Source of the DNA: the human T2T-CHM13v2.0 reference genome, Homo sapiens
Assembly: GCF_009914755.1 (NCBI RefSeq)
Contig: NC_060930.1
Reading direction: 5' to 3' (one strand)
DNA length: 64,000 nt
Position numbers and translations under genes: made by a program. Under the pieces are notes generated by a model that saw nothing but the letters and a program-made list of their open reading frames with translations, was not told the DNA's origin and made no database searches. Below are positions 13,271-29,727 of the stretch, one piece after another (within the stretch, counting starts at the first letter, position 1; the number at the start of each line of letters is the position of its first letter).

Positions 13271-16057
13271 CTTCATGTATATGTATATGTATGTGTATAT
13301 GTATCACATTTTCTTTTTCCAGTTTACCATTGATGGGCATTCAGGTTGATTCCATGTCTTTGCTATTATGAATAGTGCTGCGATGAACATACTTGCGGGT
13401 ATGTCTTTATGGCAGAATGATTTATATTCCTTTGGGTATATACCCAATAATGAGATTCCTAGGTCAAATGGTAGTTCTGTTTTCAGGTCTTTTAGGAATC
13501 ACTACACTGCTTTCTACAATGGTTGAACTAATTTATACTCTCATCACCAGTGTATAAACATTTCTTTTTCTCCACAACCTTGACAGCACCTGTTATTTTT
13601 TTACTTTTTAATAATAGCCATTCTGACTGGTGTGAGATGATATTTCATTGTGGTTTTGATTTGCATTTCTCTAATGATAGTGATGTTGAGCTTTTTTTTC
13701 ATATGGTTATTGGCCATGTGTATGTCTTCTTTTGAGAAGTGTCTGTTCATGTCCTTTGCCCACTTTTTAATGGGGTTCTTTGCTTTTTTTCTTGTAAATT
13801 AAAGTTTCTTATAGATGGTGCATATTGGACCTTTGTCAGATGCATAGTTTGCAAATATTTCTTTCCCATTCTTTAGATTGTCTTTTTACTCTGTTGATGC
13901 TTTCTTTTGCTCTGCGGAAGCTCTTACGTTTAATTAGATACCATTTGTCAATTTTTGCTTTTGTTGTGATTGCTTTTGGTGTCTTTGTCATGAAATCTTT
14001 GCCCATTCCTATGTTTAGAATAGTGTTGCCTTGGTTGTCTTCCAGGGTGTTTATAGTTTTGGGTTTTACATTTAAGTCTTTTATCTATCTTGAGTTGATT
14101 TTTATATCTGGTGTAAGATATATGGCTAGCATATGGCTAGCAGGTTATCCCAGCACCTTTCCCCATTGCTTATTTTTGTCAACTTTGTTGAAGATCACAT
14201 AATTATAGGTGTGTAGCCTTATTTCTGAGCTCCCTATTCTATTCCATTGGTCTATGTGTCTGTTTTTGTACCAGTACTGTACTGTTTTGGTTACTGTAGC
14301 CCTGTAGTATAGTTTGAAGGCAGGTAACATGATGCCTCCAGCTTTGTTCTTTTGCTTAGAATTGCCTTGACTATTCAGGCTCTTTTTGGGTACCATTGAA
14401 TTTTAAAGTATTTTTTTCTAGTTCTGTGAAGAGTGTCACTGGCAATTTGATAGGAATAGCATTGAATCTGTACATTGCTTTGGGCAGTATGGTGACTGTA
14501 AAGATATTGATTTTTCGTATCCATGAGCATGTAATGTTTTTTCATTTGCTTGTGTTATCTCTGATTTCCTTAAGCAGTGTTTTGTAATTCTCATTGTAGA
14601 GATCTTTCATCTCCCTGGTTAGCTGTATTCCTAGGTATCTTATTCTTTTTGTGACAGTTGTAAATGGGATTGTGTTCCTGATTTTACTCTCAGCTTGGCT
14701 GTTGTTGGTGTATAGGAGTGCTAGTGATTTTTGTATGTTGATTTTGTGTCCTAAAATTTTGCCGAAGTTGTTTATTAACTTAAGGAGTTTTTGGGATGAG
14801 GCTCTGGAGTTTTCTAGATATAGAATCATGTTTTCTCCAAACAGGGATAGTTTGACTTTCTCTCTTCCTACTTGGATGTCCTTCATTTCTTTCTCTTGAC
14901 TGATTGTTCTGGCCAAGACTTCCAATATTGTCTTGGATAGAAGTTGTGGAAGAGGGCATCCTTTTCTTGTGTCAGTTTTCAAGAGGAATGCTTCCAGCTT
15001 TTCCCTGTTCAATATAATGTTGGCTGTGGGTTTTTCATAGATGGCTCTGATTATTTTGAGGTGTGTTCCTTTAATACCTAGTTTATTTATTTATTTATTT
15101 TATTATTATACTTTAAGTTATGGGGTACATGCGCACAACGTGCAGGTTTGTTGCATATGTATACATGTGCCATGTTGGTGTGCTGTACCCATTAATTTGT
15201 CATTCAATTAGGTATATCTCCTAGTGGTATCCCTCCCCACACCCCCCACCCTATGACAGGCCCCAGTATGTGATGTTCCCCACCCTGTGTCCAAGTGTTC
15301 TCATTGTTCAATTCCCACCTATGAGTGAGAATATGCAGTGTTTGGTTTTCTGTCCTTGCGATAGTTTGCTCAGAATGATGGTTTCCAGCTTCATCCATGT
15401 CCCTACAAAGGACATGAGCTCATCATTTTTTATGGCTGCATAGTATTCCATGGTGTATATGTGCCACATTTTCTTAATCCAGTCTATCATTGTTGGACAT
15501 TTGGGTTGGTTCCAAGTCTTTGCTATTGTGAATAGTGCCGCAATAAACATATGTGTGCATGTGACTTTATAGCAGCATGATTTATAATCCTTTGGGTATA
15601 TGCCCAGTAATGGGATGGCTGGGTCATATGGTATTTCTTGTTCTGGATCCTTGAGGAATCACCACACTGTCTTCCACAATGGTTGAATTAGTTTACATTC
15701 CCACCAACAGTGTAAAAGCATTCCTATTTCTCCACATCCTCTCCAGCACCTGTTGTTTCCTGACTTTTTAATGATCTCCATGCTAACTGGCATGAGATGT
15801 GTGGTTTTGATTTGCATTTCTCTGATGGCCAGTGATGATGAGCATTTTTTCACGTATCTGTTGGCTGCATAAATGTCTTCTTTTGAGAAGTGTCTGTTCA
15901 TATCCTTCGCCCACTTTTTGATGGGGTTGTTTTATTTTTTCTTGTAAATTTGTTTAAGTTCTTTGTAGATTCTGGATATTAGCCCTTTGTCAGATGGGTA
16001 GATTGTAAAAATTTTCTCCCATTCTGTAGGTTGCCTGTTCACTCAGATGGTAGTTTA

Positions 16058-16492
<435 letters not shown>

Positions 16493-16495
16493 CTA

Positions 16496-17887
<1,392 letters not shown>

Positions 17888-18065
17888 TTATAGTATTTTC
17901 TGATGGTAGGTTGTATTTCTGTGGGATCGATGGTGATATCCCCTTTATCATTTTTTATTGCATCTATTTGATTCTTCTCTCTTTTCTTCTTTATTAGTCT
18001 TGCTAGCGGTCTATCAGTTTTGTTGATCTTTTCAAAAAACCAGCTCCTGGATTCATTGATTTTTT

Positions 18066-18724
<659 letters not shown>

Positions 18725-21062
18725 TTATATAATTTCTGTTCTTTTACATTTGCTGAGGAGTGCTTTACTTCCAACTATGTGGTCAATTTTGGAATAAGTG
18801 CGATGTGGTGCTGAGAAGAATGTATATTCTGTTGATTTGGGGTGGAGAGTTCTGTAGATGTCTATTAGGTCTGCTTGGGGCAGAGCTGAGTTAAATTCCT
18901 GGTTATCCTTATTAACTTTCTGTCTTGTTGATCTGTCTAATGTTGACAGTGGGGTGTTAAAGTCTCCCATTATTATTGTATGGGAGTCTAAGTCTCTTTG
19001 TATGTCACTAAGGACTTGCTTTATGAATCTGGGTGCTCCTGTATTGGGTGCATATATATTTAGGATAGTTAGTTCTTCTTGTTGAATTGATCCCTTTACC
19101 ATTATGTAACGACATTCTTTGTCTCTTTTGATCTTTCTTGGTTTAAAGTCTGTTTTATCAGAGACTAGGATTGCAACCCCTGCTTTTTTTTGTTTTCCAT
19201 TTGCTTGGTAGATCTTCTGCCATCCCTTTATTTTGAGCCTGTGTGTGTCTCTGCACGTCAGATGGGTCTCCTGAATACAGCACACTGATGGGTCTTGAGT
19301 CTTTATCCAATTTGCCAGTCTGTGTCTTTTAATTGGAGCATTTAGTTCATTTACATTTAAGGTTAATATTGTTAAGTGTGAATTTGATCCTGTCATTATG
19401 ATGTTAGATGGTTATTTTGCTCATTAGTTGATGCAGTTTCTTCCTAGCATTGATGGTTTTTACAATTTGGCATGTTTTTGCAGTGGCTGGTACCGGTTGT
19501 TCCTTTCCATGTTTAGTGCTTCCTTCAGGAGTTCTTTTAGGGCAGGCCTGGTGGTGACAAAATCTCTCAGCATTTGTTTGTCTATAAAGGATTTTATTTC
19601 TCCTTCACTTATGAAGCTTAGTTTGGCTGGATATGAAATTCTGGATTGAAAATTCTTTTCTTTAAGAATGTTGATTATTGGCCCCCACTCTCTTCTGGCT
19701 TGTAGAGTTTCTGCCGAGAGATCCGCTGTTGGTCTGAATGGCTTCACTTTGTGGGTAACCCGAACTTTCTCTCTGGCTGCCCTTAACATTTTTTTCCTTC
19801 ATTTCAACTTTGGTGAATCTGACAATTATGTGCCTTGGAGTTGCTCTTCTCAAGGAGTATCTTTGTGGCATTCTCTGTATTTCCTGAATTTGAATGTTAG
19901 CCTGCCTCACTAGTTTGGGGAAGTTCTCTTGGATAATATCCTGCAGAATGTTTTCCAACTTGGTTACATTCTCCCCATCACTTTCAGGTACACCAGTCAG
20001 ACGTAGATTTGGTCTTTTCACATAGTTCCATATTTCTTGGAGGCTTTGTTCATTTCTTTTTACTCTTTTTTCTCTAAACTTCTCTTCTCACTTCATTTCA
20101 TTCATTTGATCTTCAATCACTGATACCCTTTCTTCCACTTGATCTAATCGGCTACTGAAGCTTATGCATGCATCACATAGTTCTCATGCCATGGTTTTCA
20201 GCTCCATCAGGTCATGTAAGGACTTTTCTACACTGTTTATTCTAGTTAGCCATTCGTCTAATCTTTTTTTCAAGGTTTTTAGCTTCTTTGCGATGGGTTC
20301 GAACATCCTCCTTTAGCTCGGAGAAGTTTGTTATTACTGATTGTCTGAAGCCTTTTTCTCTCAACTCATCAAAGTCATTCTGCATCCAGCTTTGTTCCAT
20401 TGCTGGCGAGGAGCTGCGTTCCTTTGGAGGAGAAGAGGCACTCTGATTTTTAGAATTTTTAGCTTTTCTGCTCTGGTTTCTCCCCATGTTTGTGGTTTTA
20501 TCTACCTTTGGTCTTTGATGATGGTGACGTACAGATAGGTTTTTGGTGTGGATGTCCTTTCTGTTTGTTAGTTTTCCTTCTAACAGTCAGGACCCTCAGC
20601 TGCAGGTCTGTTGGAGTCTGCTGGAGGTCCACTTCAGACCCTGTTTGCCTGGGTATCACCAGTGGAGGCTGCAGAACAGTGAATATTGCTGAACAGCAGA
20701 TGTTGCTGCCTGATCCTTCCTCTGGAAGCTTCGTCTCAGAGGGGCACCTGGCTGTATGAGGTGTCAGTTGGCCCCTACTGGGAGGTGTCTCCCAGTTAGG
20801 CTACTTGGGGGTCAGGGACCCACTTGAGGAGGCAGTCTGTCCGTTCTCAGATCTCAAACTTCGTGCTGGGAGAACCACTACTCTCTTCAAAGCTGTCAGA
20901 CAGGGACGTTTAAGTCTGCAGAAGTTTCTGCTGCCTTTTGTTCAGCTATGCCCTGCCCTCAGAGGTGGAGTCTACAGAGGCAGGCAGGCCTCCTTGAGGT
21001 GCCATGGGCTCCACCCAGTTCGAGCTTCCCAGCTGCTTTGTTTAGCTGCTCAAGCCTCAGCA

Positions 21063-21377
21063 ATGGCGGATGCCCCTCCACCAGCCTCGCTGCCGCCTTG
21101 CAGTTCAATCTCACGCTGCTGTGCTAGCAGTGAGAGAGGCTCTGTGGGTGTGGGACCCTCTGAGCCAGGTGCGGGATATAATCTCCTGGTGTGCCATTTG
21201 CTAAGGCCATTGGAAAAGTGCAGTATTAGGGTGGGAGTGTCCTGTTTTTCCAGATACTGTCTGTCACAGCTTCCCTTTGCTAGGAAAGGGAATTCCCCGA
21301 CCCCTTGTGCTTCCCAGATGAGGCAATGCCCTGCCCTGCTCCATGGGCTGCACCCACTGTCTGACAAACCCCAGTGA
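21063..21377 (+). CDS. L1 ORF0 homolog (antisense ORF of the L1 5'UTR), 104 aa
   Basis: MADAPPPASLPPCSSISRCCASSERGSVGVGPSEPG... resembles ORF0 (MAGAPPPASLPPCSLISDCCAS...); GCAATGG Kozak; expression not shown. Confidence 0.6.
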   Translation: MADAPPPASLPPCSSISRCCASSERGSVGVGPSEPGAGYNLLVCHLLRPLEKCSIRVGVSCFSRYCLSQLPFARKGNSPTPCASQMRQCPALLHGLHPLSDKPQ

Positions 21378-21896
21378 GATGAACCCAGTACCTCAGTTGG
21401 TAATGCAGAAATCACCCGTCTTCTGCGTTGCTCATGCTGGGAGCTTCAGACTGGAGCTGTTCCTGTTCGGCCATCCTGGAACCTCTCCTACCTAGTTTAT
21501 TGAGAGTTTTTCTCATTAAGGGATATTGAATTTTACCCAAAGTCTTTTATATAGCTATTGAGATAATTATGTGGTTTCTGTCTCTAGTTTTGTTTATGTG
21601 ATGAATCACATTTATTGATTTGTGTATGTTGAACCAACTTTGCATGCTGGAAATGAAGCCTACTTGATTGTGGTGGATTACCTTTTTGATGTGCTTCTGG
21701 ATTCAGTTTGCAGATATTTTGTTGAGGATATTTGCATTGATGTTCATCAAATATATTGGCCTGAAGTTTTCTTTTTCTGTTGTGTCTCTGCCAGGTTTTG
21801 GTATCAGAATGATGCTGGCCTCATAGAATGAGTTAGGGAGGAATCCCTCCTCCTCAACTTTTTGGAATATTTTCTGTAGGAACAGTACCAGCTCTT

Positions 21897-22190
21897 GGCT
21901 GGGTGCGGTGGCTCACGCCTGTAATCCCAGCACTTTGGGAGGCTGAGGCGGGTGGATCATGAGGTCGGGAGATCGAGACCATCCTGGCTAACACAGTGAA
22001 ACCCCATCTCTACTAAAAATACAAAAAATTAGCCAGGCGTGGTGGCAGGCGCCTGTAGTCCCAGCTACTCGGGGCTGAGGCAGGAGAATGGCGTGAACCC
22101 AGGAGACAGAGCTTGCAATGAGCCGAGATTGTGCCACTGCACTCCAGTCTGGGCGACAGAGCAAGACTCCATCTCAAAAAAAAAAAAAAA
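21897..22190 (+). mobile_element. AluY
   Basis: Y-type GATCGAGACCATCCTGGCTAACAC and GAATGGCGTGAACC; TSD AA(C/T)AGTACCAGCTCTT. Confidence 0.93.
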
Positions 22191-23411
22191 AATAGTACCA
22201 GCTCTTCTTTGTATATCTGATAGAATTCAGCTGTGAATCCCTCTGGCCCTGGGCCTTTTTTGGTTCATAGGCTATTGATTACTGATTCATTTTCAGAGCT
22301 TGTTATCAGTCTGTTCAGGGAATCAGTTTCTTCCTAGTTCAGTCTTGGGTGAGTGTATGTGTCCAGGAATTTATCCATCTCTTCTAGGTTTTCTAGTGTT
22401 GTGCATACAAGTGTTCATAATATTCTCTGATGGTTGCTTATAATTCTGTGGGGTCAGTGGTAACATCCCCTTTGTTGTTTCTAATTGTGTTTATTTAGAT
22501 CTTCTCTCTTCTACATTAGTCTAGCTAGTGGCCTATCTTTTTAATAAAAACCAACTCCTGGATTCATTGATCTTTTGAATGGTTTTTTGTGTCTTGATTT
22601 CCTTCAGTTCAGCTCTGATTTTGGTTATTCCTTGTCTTCTGCTAGCTTTGAGGTTGATTTGCTCTTGCTTCTGTAGTTCTTTCAGTTGTGATATTAGGTT
22701 GTTAATTTGAGATGTAACTTTTTGACATCGGCATTTAGTGCTATAAATTTCCGTCTTAATACTGCCTTAGCTGTGTCCCAGAGATTCTGGTATGTCATAT
22801 CTTTGTTCCATTACTTTCAAAGAAATTCTTGATTTCTGCCTTAATTTCATTATTTACCCAAAAGTCATTCAGGAGCAGGTTGTTTAATGTCCATGTAATT
22901 GCATGGTTTTGAGTGGTTTTTTTAGTTTTGACTTCTATTTTTATTATGCTGTCATCTGGGAGTGTGTTTGCTATGATTTTGGTTCTTTTGCATTTCCTGA
23001 GAATTGTTTTCTGTTTGATTATGTGGTCGATTTTAGAATATGTGCCATGTGGTGATGAGAATAACGTATACTCTGTTGTTTTTGGGTGGAAGGTTCTGTA
23101 GAGGTAGGTCACATCCATTTGGTCCAATGTTGAGTTAGGTCCTGAATATCTTTGTTAATTTTCTGCCTCAATGATCTGTTTAATACTGTCAGGGAAGTTT
23201 TAAAGTCTCCCACTGCTGTTGTATGGGAGTCCAAGTCTCATTGTAGATATCTAAGAACTTGCTTTATGAATCTGGGTGTTCCTGTATTGGGTGCATATGT
23301 ATTTAGCATAGTTAGTTTTTTTTGTTGAGTTGGATCCTTTACCATTATACAGTGCCCTTCTTTGTCTTTTTTGATCTTTGGTGGTTTAAAGTCTGTTTTG
23401 TCTGAAATTAG

Positions 23412-24063
<652 letters not shown>

Positions 24064-25090
24064 TAATGGCCTTTTCTTTCCATATTTAGTGCTCCTTTTA
24101 AGATCTCTTGTAAGGCAGGTCTGGTGGTAATGAACTCTGTCAGCATTTGCTTATCAGAAAAGGATCTTATTTCTCCTTTGCTAAGAAGCTTAGTTTGGCT
24201 AGATATGAAATTCTTGGTTGAAGATTTTTCTTCTTTAAGAATGTTGAATATAGGCCCCCAATCTCTTCTGGCTTATAGGGTTTCAGCTGAGAAGTCCAGT
24301 GTTAGCCTGATGGGGTTCCCTTTGTACGTGACCTGCCCTTTCTCTGTAGCTGCTTTTAACATTCTTTCTTTCATTTTGACCTTGGAAAATCTGATGATTA
24401 TGTGGCTTGGGGATGATCTCCTTGCATAGAATCTTGCAGGGATTCTTTGTATTTCCTTAATTTGATTGTTGGCCTCTCTAGCGAGGTTGAGGAGGTTTTT
24501 GTGGACAATATCCTGAAATATGTTTTCCAAGTTGTTTGCTTTCTCACTGTCCCTTTCAGGAATGTCTGGTGAAATTTGAGCACTTGGTTTGTCTTTCCTA
24601 TTTTGCTAACACGTTTTCTGGTCTAATATAACCAGTGGGTATGCTTTCTTTTTTTTCTTTTTTGGTGAGGGGAAGGGACTTAATCATATACAGTATTTGT
24701 TTTAAGTGAATTAGAAAATTGGGAATATGATTTCAGCCTAACTTGGCCATTGTGCATCTTGCCTCCAGACCTAATAGGAATTACATATTGTTTGAAACCA
24801 TGGTTAGGTTCCAGATATATGAAAGTAAGCAATCCTAAGACTTACTCTGTTACAGGCACCTAACTAAATTTGATTGATTTAAATTATTTGAAAACAGTTA
24901 TTTTGCCATTGTGCCTCCCAACTAGCTTAGCAAATACCTAGCAATATAACAATATAAAATACTTCAGGTAACTCTCAATTATTACCTGCATTATGGAGTT
25001 GGCTCAGTTGGAGACTTAATACAGCTTACATGCGCTCAAGCAGCAAACTAATGTTTAACTTAAGCAATGGCATAGAAATCATTATTACAC

Positions 25091-25396
25091 TTTTTCTTTC
25101 TTTTTTTCTTTATTTGAGGCGGGGTCTTGCTGTGACGCAGGCTGGAGTGCAGTGTCATGATCATGGCTCACTGCAGCCTTGACCTCCTGAGCTCAAGCAG
25201 TCTACTCACTTCAGCCTCCTGAGTAGCCTGGACTGCAGGCAAATGCCATCAAACCAGTCTAACTTTTAAATGTTTTTGTAGAAACAGGGTCTCACTATGT
25301 TGCTCAGGCTGATTGTGAACTCCTGCGTTTCAGGAGTCCTCCTACCTCAGCCTCCCAAAGTGCTGAGATTGTAGGCCTGAGCCACAGTGCCTGGCC
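25091..25396 (-). mobile_element. AluJ, ~86 nt upstream of exon 4
   Basis: J-type GATCATGGCTCACTGCAGCCTTGACCTCCTG; TACACTT on both flanks. Confidence 0.9.
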
Positions 25397-25482
25397 CATA
25401 CACTTATTTTTATATAATCAGTTTATAACTTACTCTGAAAAGCTCCAAGAAAGATGATCATTGTTAACTTTCAATTATTTAG

Positions 25483-25632
25483 GTATTTTTAGAAAGCCAA
25501 GGAATTGAGTTAAATCCACCAGAGAAGATGGCTCTTGATCCTTACACTGAACTCCGAAAACAGCCTCTTCGTAAGTATGTCACCCCATCAGACTTTGATC
25601 AACTCAAGCAATTTCTCACCTTTGACAAACAG
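25483..25632 (+). CDS. EFHC1: EFHC1 exon 4 (150 nt, phase 0/0; VFLESQG...FLTFDKQ)
   Basis: TTTAG|GTATTT acceptor; CAG|GTAAGT consensus donor; in frame with exon 3. Confidence 0.97.
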
Positions 25633-25746
25633 GTAAGTGACATAGGAACCACAATAGGCTTACTTATTTCCAAATGTGACCTACATTTATTGGCAAAAGG
25701 TTTGGGTAGCTGTATTGGTAACTATTTTGAAACATTACAGCTATAA
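25633..25746 (+). CDS. EFHC1: Intron-4 read-through tail of the short EFHC1 isoform (VSDIGTTIG...FETLQL*, 278 aa total)
   Basis: Exon 4 frame stays open for 37 codons to TAA; 241+37=278 aa agrees with the short isoform as I recall it; AATAAA at 26494 and 26498. Confidence 0.75.
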   Translation, partial: VSDIGTTIGLLISKCDLHLLAKGLGSCIGNYFETLQL

Positions 25747-26392
25747 TTGAACTGTTTGGACACAGTACTGTCTTTCTGCTTTCATCAAGGGTTACAGGTA
25801 CAGGAATGCCTACATTTCATATGGAGATCCAAAGAAGATCGTGGAGTTGCGGAGTTGTTTTGTGAACCTCACCAAACATTTAAATCTCAAAGCAATTCCT
25901 GAGCTACATCTGCTTCCCACCTTACGTTTCCAATTGACAATTTCTTTCCCTTAAAATGAGCTAATTTCATAGACTCCTTTGTGAAACCATAAATCGATTA
26001 TTAGGAAATTTCACAAATATGCATACATGTAGGTTGTAATGTTAAAATGTTTAATTTCACAGAAGCCCCACTACAGATGCTTCCTTGTTAAATGTTATAT
26101 TAATATTGGAGTCCAGAATGTTCTGAGCATTTTCCAACTCTGTTCCAACCTTCCTAATCCTCTCCCTTGTGAGCTGATGTGTATAAGCAGATTTAAATCC
26201 TTCCCTTTCTGTACTAAAGGGAGAAAGAAAAGGAAGAGATCACCCTCAGTGCTTCTTTGCTGCTCCTTTTCTTTAGACATTTAACCCCTTTTAGTTCAGA
26301 AAATGTAAACTAGCACTAGCATGGTCTTTTAAGGATTTTGTTCATATCAGTCATATATCTGTTATTATTTTGTATTTAAAGATTGTGTTTAT

Positions 26393-26431
26393 TCCCACGA
26401 TTTGAAGAAGCCTAGCCAAAAAAAAAAAAAA
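26393..26431 (+). mobile_element. Orphan micro-retroinsertion (25 nt + polyA)
   Basis: 15-bp TSD AAAGATTGTGTTTAT at 26378-26392 and 26432-26446, preceded by TTT. Confidence 0.8.
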
Positions 26432-26889
26432 AAAGATTGTGTTTATATTATTGCTAGAAGATATGTGTTGATGGGACCAAAAAAAGACTGGTTAATAAAT
26501 AAAAATTTTTTCTACACTAATTATATATAAACCATATTCACATGTACCTTTATTAATATATATATACCACTATGTAAAGAACTTCATTGCTCTTTTAATT
26601 TAGCTTCTCTTTCACTGACTAATATTTTGGATCAAAGTGAGCTCTTCTTTTTTGGCACAAACTTATAATCCTATTATTTAATTCTTTCCAGCTGCTGACA
26701 TATAGTACATAATTTCAGATGTTTTAGTATGTTTGATGAATATTTCTTTTTTTTTCAATTTACCCCATCTGAAATTACTTCATAGTCTTTCCAGCTAGTC
26801 TTTCCATCGTTGATACATAATTGCCAAAGTAGCCAAGTTGAACTCCCTACTTTTAGGATTCTTGAGTCACTACTTTGGATTCTTCAAAG

Positions 26890-27082
26890 GTCCTTCGATT
26901 CTATGCAATCTGGGATGATACAGACAGCATGTATGGTGAATGTCGGACCTACATCATTCATTACTATCTTATGGATGATACGGTGGAAATTCGAGAGGTC
27001 CACGAACGGAATGATGGGAGAGATCCTTTCCCACTCCTAATGAACCGCCAGCGTGTGCCCAAAGTTTTGGTGGAAAATGCAA
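26890..27082 (+). CDS. EFHC1: EFHC1 exon 5 (193 nt, phase 0/1; start of DM10 domain 2, VLRFYAIW...VENA)
   Basis: AAG|GTCCTT acceptor; AA|GTATGT donor; ORF 26875-27135. Confidence 0.96.
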
Positions 27083-27540
27083 GTATGTTTGATTCAGTTT
27101 ATTCTCTGTTACTTGGGATGTTTTTAGGTTCTTAAAGGAGTTACTTAATCAGTATGCAAAATTCGTTTATACTTGGAAGCCTCTAGCTATTTTTGCTTAG
27201 ATGCTCAGAAAATGGCTTCCCACAGCTTTCCTCCTTTACTTGCCCCTCGGTCCAGGCGTGCCCCCAAGACAGTCTGGTACCCAGGTCAAGGAAACAAAAC
27301 CAAAACAACAGTGGGAGATTTATTTAAAGTGCAGCAGAGCAAGGTTTCTGAACTGAAACAATTTAATATTAGATTTTTAATGCATTTTTCAAACAGGCTT
27401 GTTTTCATTCAAGGATATGAATGAAAGCTTAGCTTTTCTTTATATGCTTTCCTGACTTTGCTTCTCACTTCAACTACTTCCTAAACAGGAAGTTTCTATG
27501 TGGTTTAACTTGAGATTGGAAAAGGCATGTCTGTGACTCA

Positions 27541-27957
<417 letters not shown>

Positions 27958-28167
27958 TCACTGTTTCCTGGGATGAGTAGGCTTGCTTTAGTTATTGTCT
28001 TAGTAGTTTTTACATTTCTCTTAGAATAATGTCATCTTGGTCACATGTAATGACTGATAGCTCTTATGTTTGGGTGGCTGACAGGATTCTGTAAATGTGT
28101 TCGCTGATTTTTTTTTCTTTTTACTATATTTTTTGGGAATTAGGATATAAGAAATTTCAGGTATTGG

Positions 28168-28532
<365 letters not shown>

Positions 28533-29338
28533 CTAAATTCAACGTGTCTGTACATATTGCTTCACTTGCACAGTGCTTTTTTATGAAAAATGCAGTATTA
28601 TTTGTGGGCAAGGAGTTGGAGGTTTCCATCATTGAGAGAATGGATAAGCAAAAATGTAGTGAAGGTACATTTTGATTAATATACAGTAGTTAGAAGCAGT
28701 AAACAAGATGTACACAGAAAGCAAGTGGATGGATCTTAAAAACATAGTGCTGTGTAGGAAAAAATACATGAAATTAGATATATAATGCTATAACACATGC
28801 AAAACATAGTACACGTAGGACACATTCAGTCACATAGCTGCATTAGAATGATTGCATGTGAGGAGAGGAGAATGAGATTGGGGAAAAGGATAAAAGGGAG
28901 TGAAAATTGTCATCATTTTAGAATTAGGAAAGTTTATGTTATATATTTTTTTAAAAAAATGAAAATACTGCTAATTCAGCTTGTATTCTCAAATAGAAAC
29001 AACTGGATCTGTGCCCTAGTTCAACATAGTTTGGCTTCTACCTACTATACATATTCTTATAATCAGTTCTCTACAGAACCGTCTTAGAGTTCAATGACAA
29101 TGGGACTAATATAGTAATTTTGGCCTTTCAGAATGCTTAAACAAGCCTGAAATCCATGCAGTTCGGAGCTAACAAACATTAGATTTACAATAGATAAAGA
29201 AAATGGATAGGAATATATTCAGGGTGGCATGAAAAGTCTCACTGAAACTAAATCCCTTTAAATGACAGATTCCAGGTTTGTCTCTGCTTTATCAATGTGA
29301 CCTATATTGAAAACTTAATATATAATTATCCTCTTCTA

Positions 29339-29727
<389 letters not shown>

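Noticed and set aside
26393-26417. Mitochondrial COX1 3'-end origin for the micro-insert
   Set aside because: Only a loose TT.GAAGAA.CC resemblance; not supportable without a search.
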